From Tomitella fengzijianii (GTDB lineage Bacteria; Actinomycetota; Actinomycetes; Mycobacteriales; Mycobacteriaceae), in contig NZ_CP041765.1 of NCBI RefSeq assembly GCF_007559025.1, positions 212,679-244,678 on the forward strand: DNA of 32,000 nucleotides, written 5' to 3'. A model generated the notes under the pieces. It saw only the letters and a list, made by a program, of their open reading frames with translations, was not told the DNA's origin and made no database searches. The position numbers and the translations under genes are program-made. Below are positions 23,400-32,000 of the stretch, piece by piece. How positions within the stretch are numbered: position 1 is the first letter of the stretch; every line of letters begins with the position of its first letter.

Positions 23400-25043
23400 T
23401 CATCGGCGCTTGCGCAGCGCCGATGCCCTTTCCCGTATCCGGTCCGCCGGGGAGCCGCGCAGCAGGCGTTGCGCCACGATGTGCCCGGAACCGCCGCCGA
23501 GGCCCGGCCCGGGGTGGGTGAACGCCCCGATGTGGAACAGGCCGTCCACCTCCGTGCGGTGCCCGATCCCGGATCCGGGGCGCCACAGCAGGTTCTGATC
23601 GAGCTCGACGGCCCCGCCGTACGGGTCGCCGTCCACCGCGTTGCGGTTGGCGGCCGTGAGGTCCGGCGGCGAGTACACCGCGGAGCCGAGAATCCGACCG
23701 CGGATGCCAGGCGCGTGCTCCTCCAGCCGCTGCAGCACGCGGTCCACGTAGGCGCCGACGACCTGCGGGGTCCATTCGCCGCGGGTATCGATCTCGCCGG
23801 CGGCGTCCGCCCGGGGCCGGAAGGGGACCTCCTGCAGCTGAATCCAGAGCGTAGCGCCGCCCTGCGGCGCCCGCACGGGGTCGAGGACGCATTGCTGGCC
23901 GACGACGAGGGTCGGCGCCGCGGGGAGCAGCCCGGCCTCGGCCTGGGCGCAGGCGATGCCGGTGGAGTCCGACCCGTTGCCGACGTGGACCAGTGGCACG
24001 TCGGCGAGTCTGCGGTCCGTCCACGCGGGCGGCGAGTCGAGGGCGAGGTGGATCTGCATGGCGGCGCGCCCCGGGCGGTAGCGGGCCAGGGCCGCGGCGC
24101 CGGGCTTCCCCACCGCGGAGGCGGGCAGCAGCTCCTCGTACAGCGCGCGCGTCGACGTCGACGCGAGCACCGCGCGGCGCGCGCGGAGGGTCCGGCCGCC
24201 GACGACGACGGCGTCGGCGCGTCCGCCCGACACGCTGATCCGTTCCGCACGCTGTCCGAGGATCAGGTCGACGCCGCGCTCGGCCAGCAGCCCCTCGAAG
24301 GCCCGGACGAAGTGCGCGGCGCCGCCGGCGACGACGGGCAGCCCGAAGCCGTGCATCGACGCCGCCATCACCGGCAGCATGATCCCGCCGGACGCGTGGT
24401 CGGGCCCCAGCCCCGCGTGCAGCAGCCACGGCGTCCACAGCTGGTCCACCTCCCCGCCGGCGAAGTGTTCGCGGGTGAAGGCCCGGCCGCTCTGCGCCCC
24501 GGCGCGCGCCAGTTCGCGCAGCCCGTCGCCGCGCAGCCGGCGCCAGGCCGCGCCCGCGAGGCCGAGGAGCTCGCGGGTGCCCGTCTCCGTGCCGAGCGCG
24601 CCGAACACCGTCGGGCCCCACGCGTCCATCCGCGCGAGCATCGCCCGGTAGGCGTCGCGGTCCTCCGGCCGCTCGAGCGCGTCGGCGGTGGCGGCGGGGT
24701 CGCGCCAGGCGATGGCGGTGCCGCGTTCGGAGACCGCCGCGGTGACGGCGCCGTCGGTGTTGCGGTACTCGAGCCCGTGCCGGTGCAGGTCCGCGGCCAG
24801 CTCCGCATAGCCGCCGCCGCTGACGAACAGCGGGTGCCAGGAAGAGAAGGCGTCGTGGGTGTAGCCGGGCAGGGTCAGTTCGCCGGAGGCGATGAAGCCG
24901 CCGACGGCGTCGTGCTCGTCGACGAGGGCGACGCGCAGGCCCGCGCCGGCCAGTTCGGCGGCCGCGACCATGCCGTTGATCCCGGCGCCGATGACGACCG
25001 CGTCGTAGTCGTCGGTCCCGGTGCGGAGCGGCGTGACGGTCAC
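23400..25043 (-). CDS. CrtI/phytoene-desaturase-family FAD-dependent oxidoreductase
   Basis: Dinucleotide fold DAVVIGAGINGMVAAAELAGAG, ~547 aa, with a C-terminal FHIGAFTHPGPGLGGGSG segment typical of the family. The start is set at GTG 25043, giving a GTGA overlap with the upstream FMO stop; the track's 25118 start would overlap FMO by 79 nt. Confidence 0.8.
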   Translation of the reverse strand: MTVTPLRTGTDDYDAVVIGAGINGMVAAAELAGAGLRVALVDEHDAVGGFIASGELTLPGYTHDAFSSWHPLFVSGGGYAELAADLHRHGLEYRNTDGAVTAAVSERGTAIAWRDPAATADALERPEDRDAYRAMLARMDAWGPTVFGALGTETGTRELLGLAGAAWRRLRGDGLRELARAGAQSGRAFTREHFAGGEVDQLWTPWLLHAGLGPDHASGGIMLPVMAASMHGFGLPVVAGGAAHFVRAFEGLLAERGVDLILGQRAERISVSGGRADAVVVGGRTLRARRAVLASTSTRALYEELLPASAVGKPGAAALARYRPGRAAMQIHLALDSPPAWTDRRLADVPLVHVGNGSDSTGIACAQAEAGLLPAAPTLVVGQQCVLDPVRAPQGGATLWIQLQEVPFRPRADAAGEIDTRGEWTPQVVGAYVDRVLQRLEEHAPGIRGRILGSAVYSPPDLTAANRNAVDGDPYGGAVELDQNLLWRPGSGIGHRTEVDGLFHIGAFTHPGPGLGGGSGHIVAQRLLRGSPADRIRERASALRKRR

Positions 25044-26524
25044 GCCGCCGCCTGGAGCGTCTTCGCGAGCCGGGGCGTGATGTGCCGGTAGTCCTGCGGG
25101 CTGAACGGCAGCAGCCACTGCTTGATCTTGGTGGCGCGGGAGACGTCCATGCCCACGTCGGAGAGCACCTCGTCGATGTTGTGCACCGAGAACGGGATCA
25201 GGTTGGTCCCGTGGGCGTGCTTGCCGCGGGTGCGCTCGCGCATCCAGGCGAGGCGTTGCCGGGTCTCGTCGAGCATCTCCTCACGCGAAGGCGCCCGGTG
25301 GTTGCCGCCCAGCAGGGAGCCGATCCAGATGGCCGACACCTCCGCGGACAAGGGGGAGAGGAACGACGAGTTGTACCCGGCGAACGAGAGGTCGTCGACG
25401 TGGATGGGGTGGATCTGCCGGTACAGCAGGAAGTCGCCGTTCTCGTCGACGAGCCGCTCCATCACCGACGGCGGCAGGAACGGGATCTCCTGCGTCCAGC
25501 CGGTGGCGGCGAGGACGATGTCGGCGTGGATCACCTCGCCGTTCGCGAGTTCGGCGTGCGGCGCCCCGTCCTTCTCGAGGAAGCGGACGATGCGGGTGTC
25601 GCGCTGGACGGCGATCCGCCCCTCGGACACGGCCTCGAAGAACCCCTCGGTGGCGAGGGAGACCGTGGACCGTGCGATGTCGGCGAAGGTGCCCGGCGGC
25701 AACAGCCCCAGCGCCTTGAGCCGCAGCTGGCCGCTGGTGATCTTCTCCACGCCACCGAGCATGCCATTGGCGACCGCGGATCCGCGCGCGTGCAGGAAAC
25801 GCTCGACACCCTTGAGCCGGCGGTACGGGAACAGGCTCTCGCCGAGCCGCGTGAGCAGCAGATACTTGTAGTTGATGATCCCCTTGACGTGCCGGGGCAT
25901 CTTCCACAGCAGGTTGCGGGCGACCACCGTCGTCGAGCGGGCGACGGCCGCGGTCTCGACGGCGATGTCGCACGCCGACTTGCCGTAGCCCACGATCACC
26001 GCGTGCTTGCCGCGCACCTGGTCGAGGCTGTGCAGCTCGTTGGCCGGGATCAGCTGCCCGCCGGCCTTTTCCAGGTCGTCGATCCCCTCGTAGGCGGGGA
26101 TGAACGGCCGCGAGAAGATGCCGCTTGCCACCACCAGATGGTCGTAATGCGTGGTGTCCTCGGCGCCGTCGGCGGCGCGAGCTGTGACGTCCCAACCGCC
26201 GCCGACGGTCGGCAGCGCAGACGTGACCTCCGTGGCCAGCCGGAGGACCGCGGACAGGTCGAACTTTGCGGTGTAGTCCTCGAGGTACTCCTGGACCTGC
26301 GCGCTGGTGGGCCACTGCGGGAAGCTGCGCGGCATGGCCATGTCCGACAGCGAGTAGCTGCCCTTGTTGTTCTGGGTGCGCAGCCCGGGGTAGCGCCGGG
26401 TGGCGCTCCACACGCCGCCCACGTCGGGCGCCTTCTCGTACACCGTGACCTGGTGCCCCAGCGCCCGGAGGACCCGCGCCGAGGCCAGGCCCGCGAATCC
26501 CGCGCCGATGATGCCGATGTTCAT
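25040..26524 (-). CDS. flavin-containing monooxygenase-type NAD(P)/FAD oxidoreductase
   Basis: 494 aa. The first dinucleotide motif is IGIIGAGFAGLA...GGVW; the second is AVIVGYGKSACD. Overall layout is FMO-like. Confidence 0.8.
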   Translation of the reverse strand: MNIGIIGAGFAGLASARVLRALGHQVTVYEKAPDVGGVWSATRRYPGLRTQNNKGSYSLSDMAMPRSFPQWPTSAQVQEYLEDYTAKFDLSAVLRLATEVTSALPTVGGGWDVTARAADGAEDTTHYDHLVVASGIFSRPFIPAYEGIDDLEKAGGQLIPANELHSLDQVRGKHAVIVGYGKSACDIAVETAAVARSTTVVARNLLWKMPRHVKGIINYKYLLLTRLGESLFPYRRLKGVERFLHARGSAVANGMLGGVEKITSGQLRLKALGLLPPGTFADIARSTVSLATEGFFEAVSEGRIAVQRDTRIVRFLEKDGAPHAELANGEVIHADIVLAATGWTQEIPFLPPSVMERLVDENGDFLLYRQIHPIHVDDLSFAGYNSSFLSPLSAEVSAIWIGSLLGGNHRAPSREEMLDETRQRLAWMRERTRGKHAHGTNLIPFSVHNIDEVLSDVGMDVSRATKIKQWLLPFSPQDYRHITPRLAKTLQAAA

Positions 26525-26540
26525 GCTCGTATCCCTCCGG

Positions 26541-27329
26541 TCACTCGGAAAGCTTCGGAATGGCGGGGACGGCCTGCTCCGGTCCCATCGCCGAGTAGCC
26601 GCCGTCGGCCGCCCAGTCGGCGCCGGTGACGACGGACGCGGCGTCGGAAGCCAGGAATGCGACGACCTCGCCGACCTCGCGGCCGTCGCCCACGCGGCGG
26701 GTCAGGTGGAACGGCGCGGCCACGCGGTCGGTCTTCGCCCTGTCGCCGCCGGAGAGGTCGTCCATGATCTTCGACCAGGTCCAGCCGGGGCTGACCGAAT
26801 TGACGCGGATGCCGTCGACCGCGAAGTCCATCGCCATCGACCTGGTCAACTGGACGATGGCCGCCTTGCTCGCCGGATACAGCCAGCGCCCGGTCTGCGC
26901 CGCCGTGCTGGAGATGGACGAGAAGTTGACGACGGCTCCGCGTCCGCTCGCCGACAGGTACGGATACGCGGCGTGGACGAGTTCGACCATGCTCACGACG
27001 TTGACGTCCAGCGCGGTCAGCCAGTCCTTGCGCCGGCTGTCGAACCCCTCGTCGAGGTAGGTGGCCGCAAGGTTGACGACGATGTCGATGCCGCCGTGCC
27101 TGTCGACGGTCTCCTGGACCAGCCGGGCCAGGTCGGCGTCGTCGGTGATGTCGGTGCGCACGAAGTCGACGTGCGCGCCCAGCCGTGCGGAGGCGGCCCG
27201 GCCGCCCTCCTCGTCGATGTCGGCGATGACGACGTTCGCGCCGGCCTCCGCCAGCGACTCGACGACTCCCTGCGCGAGCAGGGTGGCGCCGCCGGAGACG
27301 ATGGCGGTGCGTCCGGTCAGATCCGGCAT
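26541..27329 (-). CDS. short-chain dehydrogenase/reductase (SDR)
   Basis: 262 aa with the cofactor motif AIVSGGATLLAQG, NLAA, and the catalytic S...YPASK. ATG 27329 has AAAGGA 8 nt upstream. It lies 17 bp upstream of the FMO gene. Confidence 0.85.
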   Translation of the reverse strand: MPDLTGRTAIVSGGATLLAQGVVESLAEAGANVVIADIDEEGGRAASARLGAHVDFVRTDITDDADLARLVQETVDRHGGIDIVVNLAATYLDEGFDSRRKDWLTALDVNVVSMVELVHAAYPYLSASGRGAVVNFSSISSTAAQTGRWLYPASKAAIVQLTRSMAMDFAVDGIRVNSVSPGWTWSKIMDDLSGGDRAKTDRVAAPFHLTRRVGDGREVGEVVAFLASDAASVVTGADWAADGGYSAMGPEQAVPAIPKLSE

Positions 27330-27500
27330 GTCCGCATCCTTTCTCTCACGGGCAGAAGTTGCGTGCATCACAGAAGGTAGGCACATGTGATGCACGCCGC
27401 TATCCGATTCGCGCGACGATGATCCGGAATGCGCGGACCGTCGAGAATGCGGCGCGGGGCTGCCAGGGGACGAGCGCGGGCCGGCGGGGGAATACCGCCG

Positions 27501-28463
27501 TCAGCCGGCGAGGGTCTGCGACGGCAGCTCGCCGTAGGTGCTCCGGTAGTGCTGCGCGAACCGGCCCAGGTGGAACAGGCCCCACCGGGCCGCGGTGTCG
27601 GTGACGGAGGTCGACGACGGCGTTCCGGCCTGCAGCTCCCGGCGCACGCGGTCGAGGCGGATACGGCGCAGCTCCTGCATGGGAGGGACGCCGAGCTCGC
27701 GCCGGAAAGCATCCTGCAACGACCGCGCGGACACGCCGGCCGCGGCGGCGAGTTCCTGCAGCCGCCACGGGCGGGCCGCGTCGTCGGCCATGAGGCCGAG
27801 GGCGACGCGCACGGCCCTGCTTCCCGCGATCCGATCGGGCGTGTCGGCATCGTCGGGTGCGCTGCTCGCCTGCGCATCGAGCAGGCCGGAGATCAGCGTC
27901 CGCGCGAAGTGCGTGGCGGTGTGCTGCGAACCGAGGATGTTGCCGCCGGTATCGGCCTCGTCGACGGCCAGCCGGACCATCCGCAGCCAGGACCGCACGG
28001 CGGGCGCCTGCAGGTAGAGCATGGGCTGGAACACCGGCTCCGCGCCGTCGGGGCTCAACGCGGCCACGGCGTCGCTGCGCAGGTACACCAGCAGCTGTTC
28101 GCAGTCGGCGGACCAGACCATGTCCACCGGTTCGCTGGGCGAGCCCACCGACGCGTGGTCGGTGTCCGAGGCGACGACGTGGTCGCCCACCCGCACGCGC
28201 GCCGCGCCCGCGAGCGGAATCTGGACGAGGTAGAAGTCGTCGAAGGTGCCGGGGTTGATGCGGACCTCCGCGCCGTAGCGCAGGTAGTTCAGCTTGAGGT
28301 CGCCGCCGAACTGCACGCTGTTGTAGAGCATGTCCAGCGTGGCGTCACGCCGTGTGGGGGTGAGGACATGCGGGCAGAACTCGCCGGCGACGCGTTCACG
28401 TGCTTCATCGACGTCCGTCGTCGCCAGGAGCCGGTGCCGTGTGAGGATCGCCGATGCCATCAT
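27501..28463 (-). CDS. AraC-family transcriptional regulator
   Basis: C-terminal double HTH (WRLQELAAAAGVSARSLQDAFRRELG...RIRLDRVRREL...VTDTAARWGLFHLGRFAQHYRSTYGELPS). The N-terminus is an AraC-binding-like domain. The start was trimmed to ATG 28463 or 28460. Confidence 0.85.
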   Translation of the reverse strand: MMASAILTRHRLLATTDVDEARERVAGEFCPHVLTPTRRDATLDMLYNSVQFGGDLKLNYLRYGAEVRINPGTFDDFYLVQIPLAGAARVRVGDHVVASDTDHASVGSPSEPVDMVWSADCEQLLVYLRSDAVAALSPDGAEPVFQPMLYLQAPAVRSWLRMVRLAVDEADTGGNILGSQHTATHFARTLISGLLDAQASSAPDDADTPDRIAGSRAVRVALGLMADDAARPWRLQELAAAAGVSARSLQDAFRRELGVPPMQELRRIRLDRVRRELQAGTPSSTSVTDTAARWGLFHLGRFAQHYRSTYGELPSQTLAG

Positions 28464-28580
28464 CCCGTGCCGAAATCCGCCTGCCGTCCCGCAGTCCTGT
28501 CGTCCATTCGGATCAGGGCCGCGGATTGACTTCGATGCTACCGCGTGCATACCCGGAGCGCGGGTTTCACGCCCGCCGGT

Positions 28581-30953
28581 TCACGGCCGCCACCTGCGGT
28601 GGCGGGTGCCCGCGTCGCCTTCGCGGATCAGTTCGAGGCGCGGCCGGTCGCGGTCGGCGCGCCCGGCCGGCGGCCTGCGGCTGCCCGCCTTGAACGGATC
28701 CACCCATTCGGCGCCCGGCCCCGCGTAGTCCTGCTCGGCGGCGGCGTGCAGCGTCCAGTGCGGGTCGTACAGGTGCGGGCGGCCGATCGCGACGATGTCC
28801 GCGCGGCCGGCGAGGAGCACGGAGTTGACGTCGTCCCACGAGCTGATGGCGCCGACCGCGACGATCGCGGTCCCGTGCTTGCGCCCGACGACGTTGCGGA
28901 TGTGGTCGGCGAACGGCGTCTGGTAGCTGCGCCCGAAGGCGGGCTCCTCGGTGCTGACGACCTGCCCCGTGGAGACGTTGATCATCTCGACCCCGTGGTG
29001 TGCGAGAGCCTCGGAGACGGCCACCGCCTCGTCGATCCCGTTGCCGCCCTCGGCCCAGTCGGTGGCCGAGATGCGGGCGGACAGGGGTTTGCCCGCGGGC
29101 CAGGCCGCGCGCACCGCGTCGACGACGCGCAACGGGAAGCGCAGCCGGTTCTCCAGGGCGCCGCCGTAGGAGTCGGTGCGCTGGTTCGTCAGCGGCGACA
29201 GGAACGACGAGAGCAGGTAGCCGTGCGCCAGGTGGAGCTCCAGCAGGTCGAATCCGGCGCGGTCCGCGGCCTGCGCCGCCGCGGCGAACTCGTCGACGAC
29301 CCGCTGCATGTCCGCTTCATCCATCTCCCGGGGCGTCTGGTTGGCCCCGGCGTACGGCAGCGGCGACGGGGCGATGACCTCCCAGTTGCCCTCCGGCAGC
29401 GGCTGGTCGATGCCCTCCCACATCAGCTTCGTCGAGCCCTTGCGGCCGGAATGCCCGATCTGCGCGCCGATCTTCGCGGCGGACTCGGCGTGCACGAAGT
29501 CGACGATGCGCTTCCATTCGCGCTCCTGATCGGCGGTGTAGAGGCCGGTGCACCCGGGGGTGATGCGCCCCTGCGCGGACGTGCAGATCATCTCGGTCAT
29601 CACGAGCCCCGGCCCGCCCATCGCCTTGCTGCCCAGGTGCGCCAGGTGGAAATCGTTGGGCACGCCGTCGTGGGCCTTGTACATGTCCATCGAGGACACC
29701 GAGACCCTGTTGCGCAACTCCAGGCCGCCCAGCCGGTACGGCTGGAACATCGGCGGCGCCTGCCGCACCGCGTCGCAGTGGCCGGCGCGGTGCTGGTCGG
29801 CGGCGTACCAGGCGTCGAGGTCCTCGACGAACTCCGCGTCGCGCAGGCGCAGGTTGTCGTGGGTGATCCGGCGGCTGCGGGTGAGGATGTTGAAGGCGAA
29901 CTGCGTCGGATCCTGGTGGGTGTAGTCGGCGATGTTCTCGAACCACTCCAGGCTGGCCTGCGCGGCGCGCTGCGTCGACTCGACGACGGGGCGCCGCTCG
30001 TCCTCGTAGTAGCACAGTGCGTCGTCGAGGTCGTCGTGCTCACTCAGGCAGGCGGCCAGTGCCAGCGCGTCCTCCATTGCCAGCTTGGTCCCGGATCCGA
30101 TGGAGAAGTGCGCCGTGTGTGCGGCGTCGCCGAGCAGCACGATGTTGCCGTGCCTCCACGTGCGGTTGCGCACGGTGGTGAAGCTGGTCCACTTGGAGTT
30201 GTTGGTCAGCACCTTGTGGCCCTCGAGGACGTCGCTGAACAGCTCGGTGACGTATTCGACGGAGGCCAGGTCGCTCTCCCCGGGGCGCAGGCCGGTGGCG
30301 GCGACGTCCCCGAAGCCCGCGCGCCGCCAGACCTCGTCGTGCATCTCGATGATGAACGTGGAGCCGTCGGCGCCGTACGGGTAGCCGTGGATCTGCATGA
30401 CGCCGTGCGGAGTCTCGCGGATGTAGAACTTGAACGCCTCGAAGACGCGGTCGGTGCCGAGCCACATGTACTTGCAGTCGCGCGCGTCCAGCTCGGTGCC
30501 GAACTCGCCGGCGTAGCGCCCGCGCACGGCCGAGTTGAGGCCGTCGGAGGCGATGACCAGGTCGTAGCCGGCGCTCAGCTCGTCGACGTCCGGCGCCTCG
30601 GTCCGGTAGCGCACGTCCACGCCCAGGTCGGCGCACCGCCGCTGGAGGATCCGGATGAGCTCCTTGCGGCTCATCGCCGCGAAGCCCTGCCCGCCCGAGG
30701 TGAAGGTCGCGTCCCGGAAGTGGACGTCGATGTCGTCCCACTGCGCGAACTGCTCCGACATCCGCCGGTAGATCTCCGGGTCCGCGTCCTCGATCCCGCC
30801 GAGCGTCTCGTCGCTGAACACGACGCCGAACCCGAAGGTGTCGTCCGGGGCGTTGCGCTCCCAGACGGTGATCTCGTGATGCGGGTTCAACTGCCTGACC
30901 AGTGCTGCGAAGTACAGCCCGCCGGGTCCTCCGCCTGCGATCGCGATCCGCAT
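28581..30953 (-). CDS. bifunctional aryl-CoA monooxygenase/reductase (2-aminobenzoyl-CoA monooxygenase-reductase / salicylyl-CoA 5-hydroxylase family)
   Basis: 790 aa. The N-terminal FAD aromatic hydroxylase has MRIAIAGGGPGG, ASDGLNSAVR and LLGDAAHTAHFSIGSGTKLAMEDA. It is fused to an Old-Yellow-Enzyme-like FMN domain (HLAHGYLLSSFLSPLTNQRTDSYGG). ATG 30953 follows RBS GAGGGAGG. The track ORF to 31427 was trimmed. Confidence 0.85.
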   Translation of the reverse strand: MRIAIAGGGPGGLYFAALVRQLNPHHEITVWERNAPDDTFGFGVVFSDETLGGIEDADPEIYRRMSEQFAQWDDIDVHFRDATFTSGGQGFAAMSRKELIRILQRRCADLGVDVRYRTEAPDVDELSAGYDLVIASDGLNSAVRGRYAGEFGTELDARDCKYMWLGTDRVFEAFKFYIRETPHGVMQIHGYPYGADGSTFIIEMHDEVWRRAGFGDVAATGLRPGESDLASVEYVTELFSDVLEGHKVLTNNSKWTSFTTVRNRTWRHGNIVLLGDAAHTAHFSIGSGTKLAMEDALALAACLSEHDDLDDALCYYEDERRPVVESTQRAAQASLEWFENIADYTHQDPTQFAFNILTRSRRITHDNLRLRDAEFVEDLDAWYAADQHRAGHCDAVRQAPPMFQPYRLGGLELRNRVSVSSMDMYKAHDGVPNDFHLAHLGSKAMGGPGLVMTEMICTSAQGRITPGCTGLYTADQEREWKRIVDFVHAESAAKIGAQIGHSGRKGSTKLMWEGIDQPLPEGNWEVIAPSPLPYAGANQTPREMDEADMQRVVDEFAAAAQAADRAGFDLLELHLAHGYLLSSFLSPLTNQRTDSYGGALENRLRFPLRVVDAVRAAWPAGKPLSARISATDWAEGGNGIDEAVAVSEALAHHGVEMINVSTGQVVSTEEPAFGRSYQTPFADHIRNVVGRKHGTAIVAVGAISSWDDVNSVLLAGRADIVAIGRPHLYDPHWTLHAAAEQDYAGPGAEWVDPFKAGSRRPPAGRADRDRPRLELIREGDAGTRHRRWRP

Positions 30954-31000
30954 CGGTCCGCCTCCCTCGTGTCGAATGGGGCTAATATATATCGTAATTG

Positions 31001-31012
31001 TGACGTACGTCA
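31001..31012. promoter_or_regulatory. perfect 12-bp palindrome TGACGTACGTCA in an AT-rich divergent promoter region (candidate operator)
   Basis: Seen directly. Coordinates were checked against the reading frame of track ORF 28545-31016. It lies 48 nt upstream of the hydroxylase ATG. Confidence 0.4.
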
Positions 31013-31185
31013 ATGAAACGATGCATGGATGGCCGGGCGCGGCAGAGTGCGCGCCTCCTTCGCGCTGGCGCGCCGGCGCGGGGTTGACCGTGCGGAAGGC
31101 GGTCGGTGCGATATCTAGTTCCGTTGACGAACGACGAGAAAACGATATAACGTGAGAGTATCGTCGGCATGGGAAGGACGTCCTC

Positions 31186-32000
31186 ATGAACCAGTTCGCC
31201 CTCACCGAGGAGCAGAACGCCCTCGTGGACCGCGTGCGCCGCATCGCGGAGGAGGAGCTCGCCGCGCTGTCGGAGTCGGGCACGCCCGGGCGGATCAACC
31301 GCCCGCTGATCAAGGCGCTGGGCGCCCACGGCCTGCTGTCCACCCTCTTCGGCGGCGAGGACGCCGGACGCAAGGCGGCCGCCATGGACCTGTGCCTGCT
31401 GCGCGAGACGCTGGCCGCGGTGAACACCGAGGCGGAGACCGCGCTGGCGCTGCAGGGGCTCGGCAGCTACCCGTTCCTCCTGTTCGGCAGCGACGACGTC
31501 GTCGCCCGGTGGCGCCCGCAGGTGGCCGCCGGCGACGCCGTCGCCGCGTTCGCGCTGTCCGAGGCCGGCGCCGGGTCGGACGCCGGTGCGCTGGAGCTGC
31601 GCGCCGAGCCGGACGGCGACGGCTGGACCCTGCACGGCGAGAAGTGCTGGATCTCGAACGGCCCGGAGGCCGACGTCTACTCGGTCTTCGCACGCACCAC
31701 GGAAGGCGCACGCGCACGCGGCATCACGGCCTTCGTGGTCCCCGGCGACAGCCCGGGGCTCAGCGGGGAGAGCCTCGACATGATCTCGCCGCACCCGATC
31801 GGCCGCGTCGTCTTCGACGGCGTCCGCGTCGGCCAGGCGGACGTGCTGGGCGAGGTGGATCGCGGCTTCACCGTCGCGATGCGCACGCTCGACCTGTTCC
31901 GGCCGAGCGTCGGCGCGTTCGCCCTCGGCATGGCGCAGGCCGCGCTCGACGAGGCCGTCGCGCACACCACCACGCGCTCGGCGTTCGGCGGGGTGCTGGC
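31186..32000 (+). CDS. acyl-CoA dehydrogenase (partial; 3' end runs off the right edge)
   Basis: Absent from the track because there is no stop in the window. My translation reads MNQFALTEEQNALVDRVRRIAEEEL...FALSEAGAGSDAGALELRAEPDGDGWTLHGEKCWISNGPEADVYSVFART...GFTVAMRTLDLFRPSVGAFALGMAQAALDEAV, the typical ACAD pattern. RBS GAAGGA lies 7 nt upstream. Confidence 0.85.
   Translation, partial: MNQFALTEEQNALVDRVRRIAEEELAALSESGTPGRINRPLIKALGAHGLLSTLFGGEDAGRKAAAMDLCLLRETLAAVNTEAETALALQGLGSYPFLLFGSDDVVARWRPQVAAGDAVAAFALSEAGAGSDAGALELRAEPDGDGWTLHGEKCWISNGPEADVYSVFARTTEGARARGITAFVVPGDSPGLSGESLDMISPHPIGRVVFDGVRVGQADVLGEVDRGFTVAMRTLDLFRPSVGAFALGMAQAALDEAVAHTTTRSAFGGVL

Noticed and set aside
21620-26629. 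Plus-strand ORFs 21620-23521, 23469-25091 and 25082-26629 (515-633 aa)
   Set aside because: They are shadows of the ThDP, CrtI-like and FMO genes on the opposite strand. Their low-complexity composition is rich in Val, Gly, Ala, Arg and Asp, with no recognisable motifs.
28545-31016. 823-aa plus-strand ORF
   Set aside because: It is antisense to the well-supported 790-aa bifunctional monooxygenase/reductase. Its product has no motifs and a typical shadow-ORF composition.
30954-31427. N-terminal extension of the monooxygenase ORF to 31427, and ORF 30982-31965 (-)
   Set aside because: Both run through the AT-rich intergenic region and lie antisense to the acyl-CoA dehydrogenase gene. The true start at 30953 has a strong RBS and the canonical GxGxxG begins at residue 6.

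Overview
This is a high-GC actinobacterial chromosomal segment. I saw no rRNA, tRNA, CRISPR array or intact IS/integrase. Long antisense 'shadow' ORFs are common and were discarded. Left third (1-12.4 kb): ordinary metabolic genes. These are a partial membrane protein, a ~650-aa aconitase-family protein, a secreted protein, an Rv2629-like baeRF2 protein and dapA, followed by a GABA-type module (gabT, aldehyde dehydrogenase, divergent PucR regulator, APC permease). Centre (about 12.5-21.2 kb): an accessory region with visibly lower third-position GC. It sits inside a diverged tandem segmental duplication whose junction is a chimeric alpha/beta-hydrolase::cyclase pseudogene. Module 1 carries a ParD-like/zeta-like toxin-antitoxin pair. 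Module 2 carries a complete glycopeptide-resistance gene set: vanY-like peptidase, vanR, vanS, vanX, D-Ala-D-Lac ligase and vanH. A 185-bp near-identical 5' module and a conserved promoter element are reused within this region. Right third (20.8-32 kb): a tightly packed minus-strand operon (SDR, flavin monooxygenase, CrtI-like FAD oxidoreductase, ThDP enzyme, cyclase/kynurenine-formamidase-family hydrolase). It is followed by an AraC regulator, a bifunctional aryl-CoA monooxygenase/OYE reductase and a partial acyl-CoA dehydrogenase. All family assignments come from reading motifs and recalled homologues; no database search was possible. All identity figures are hand counts.
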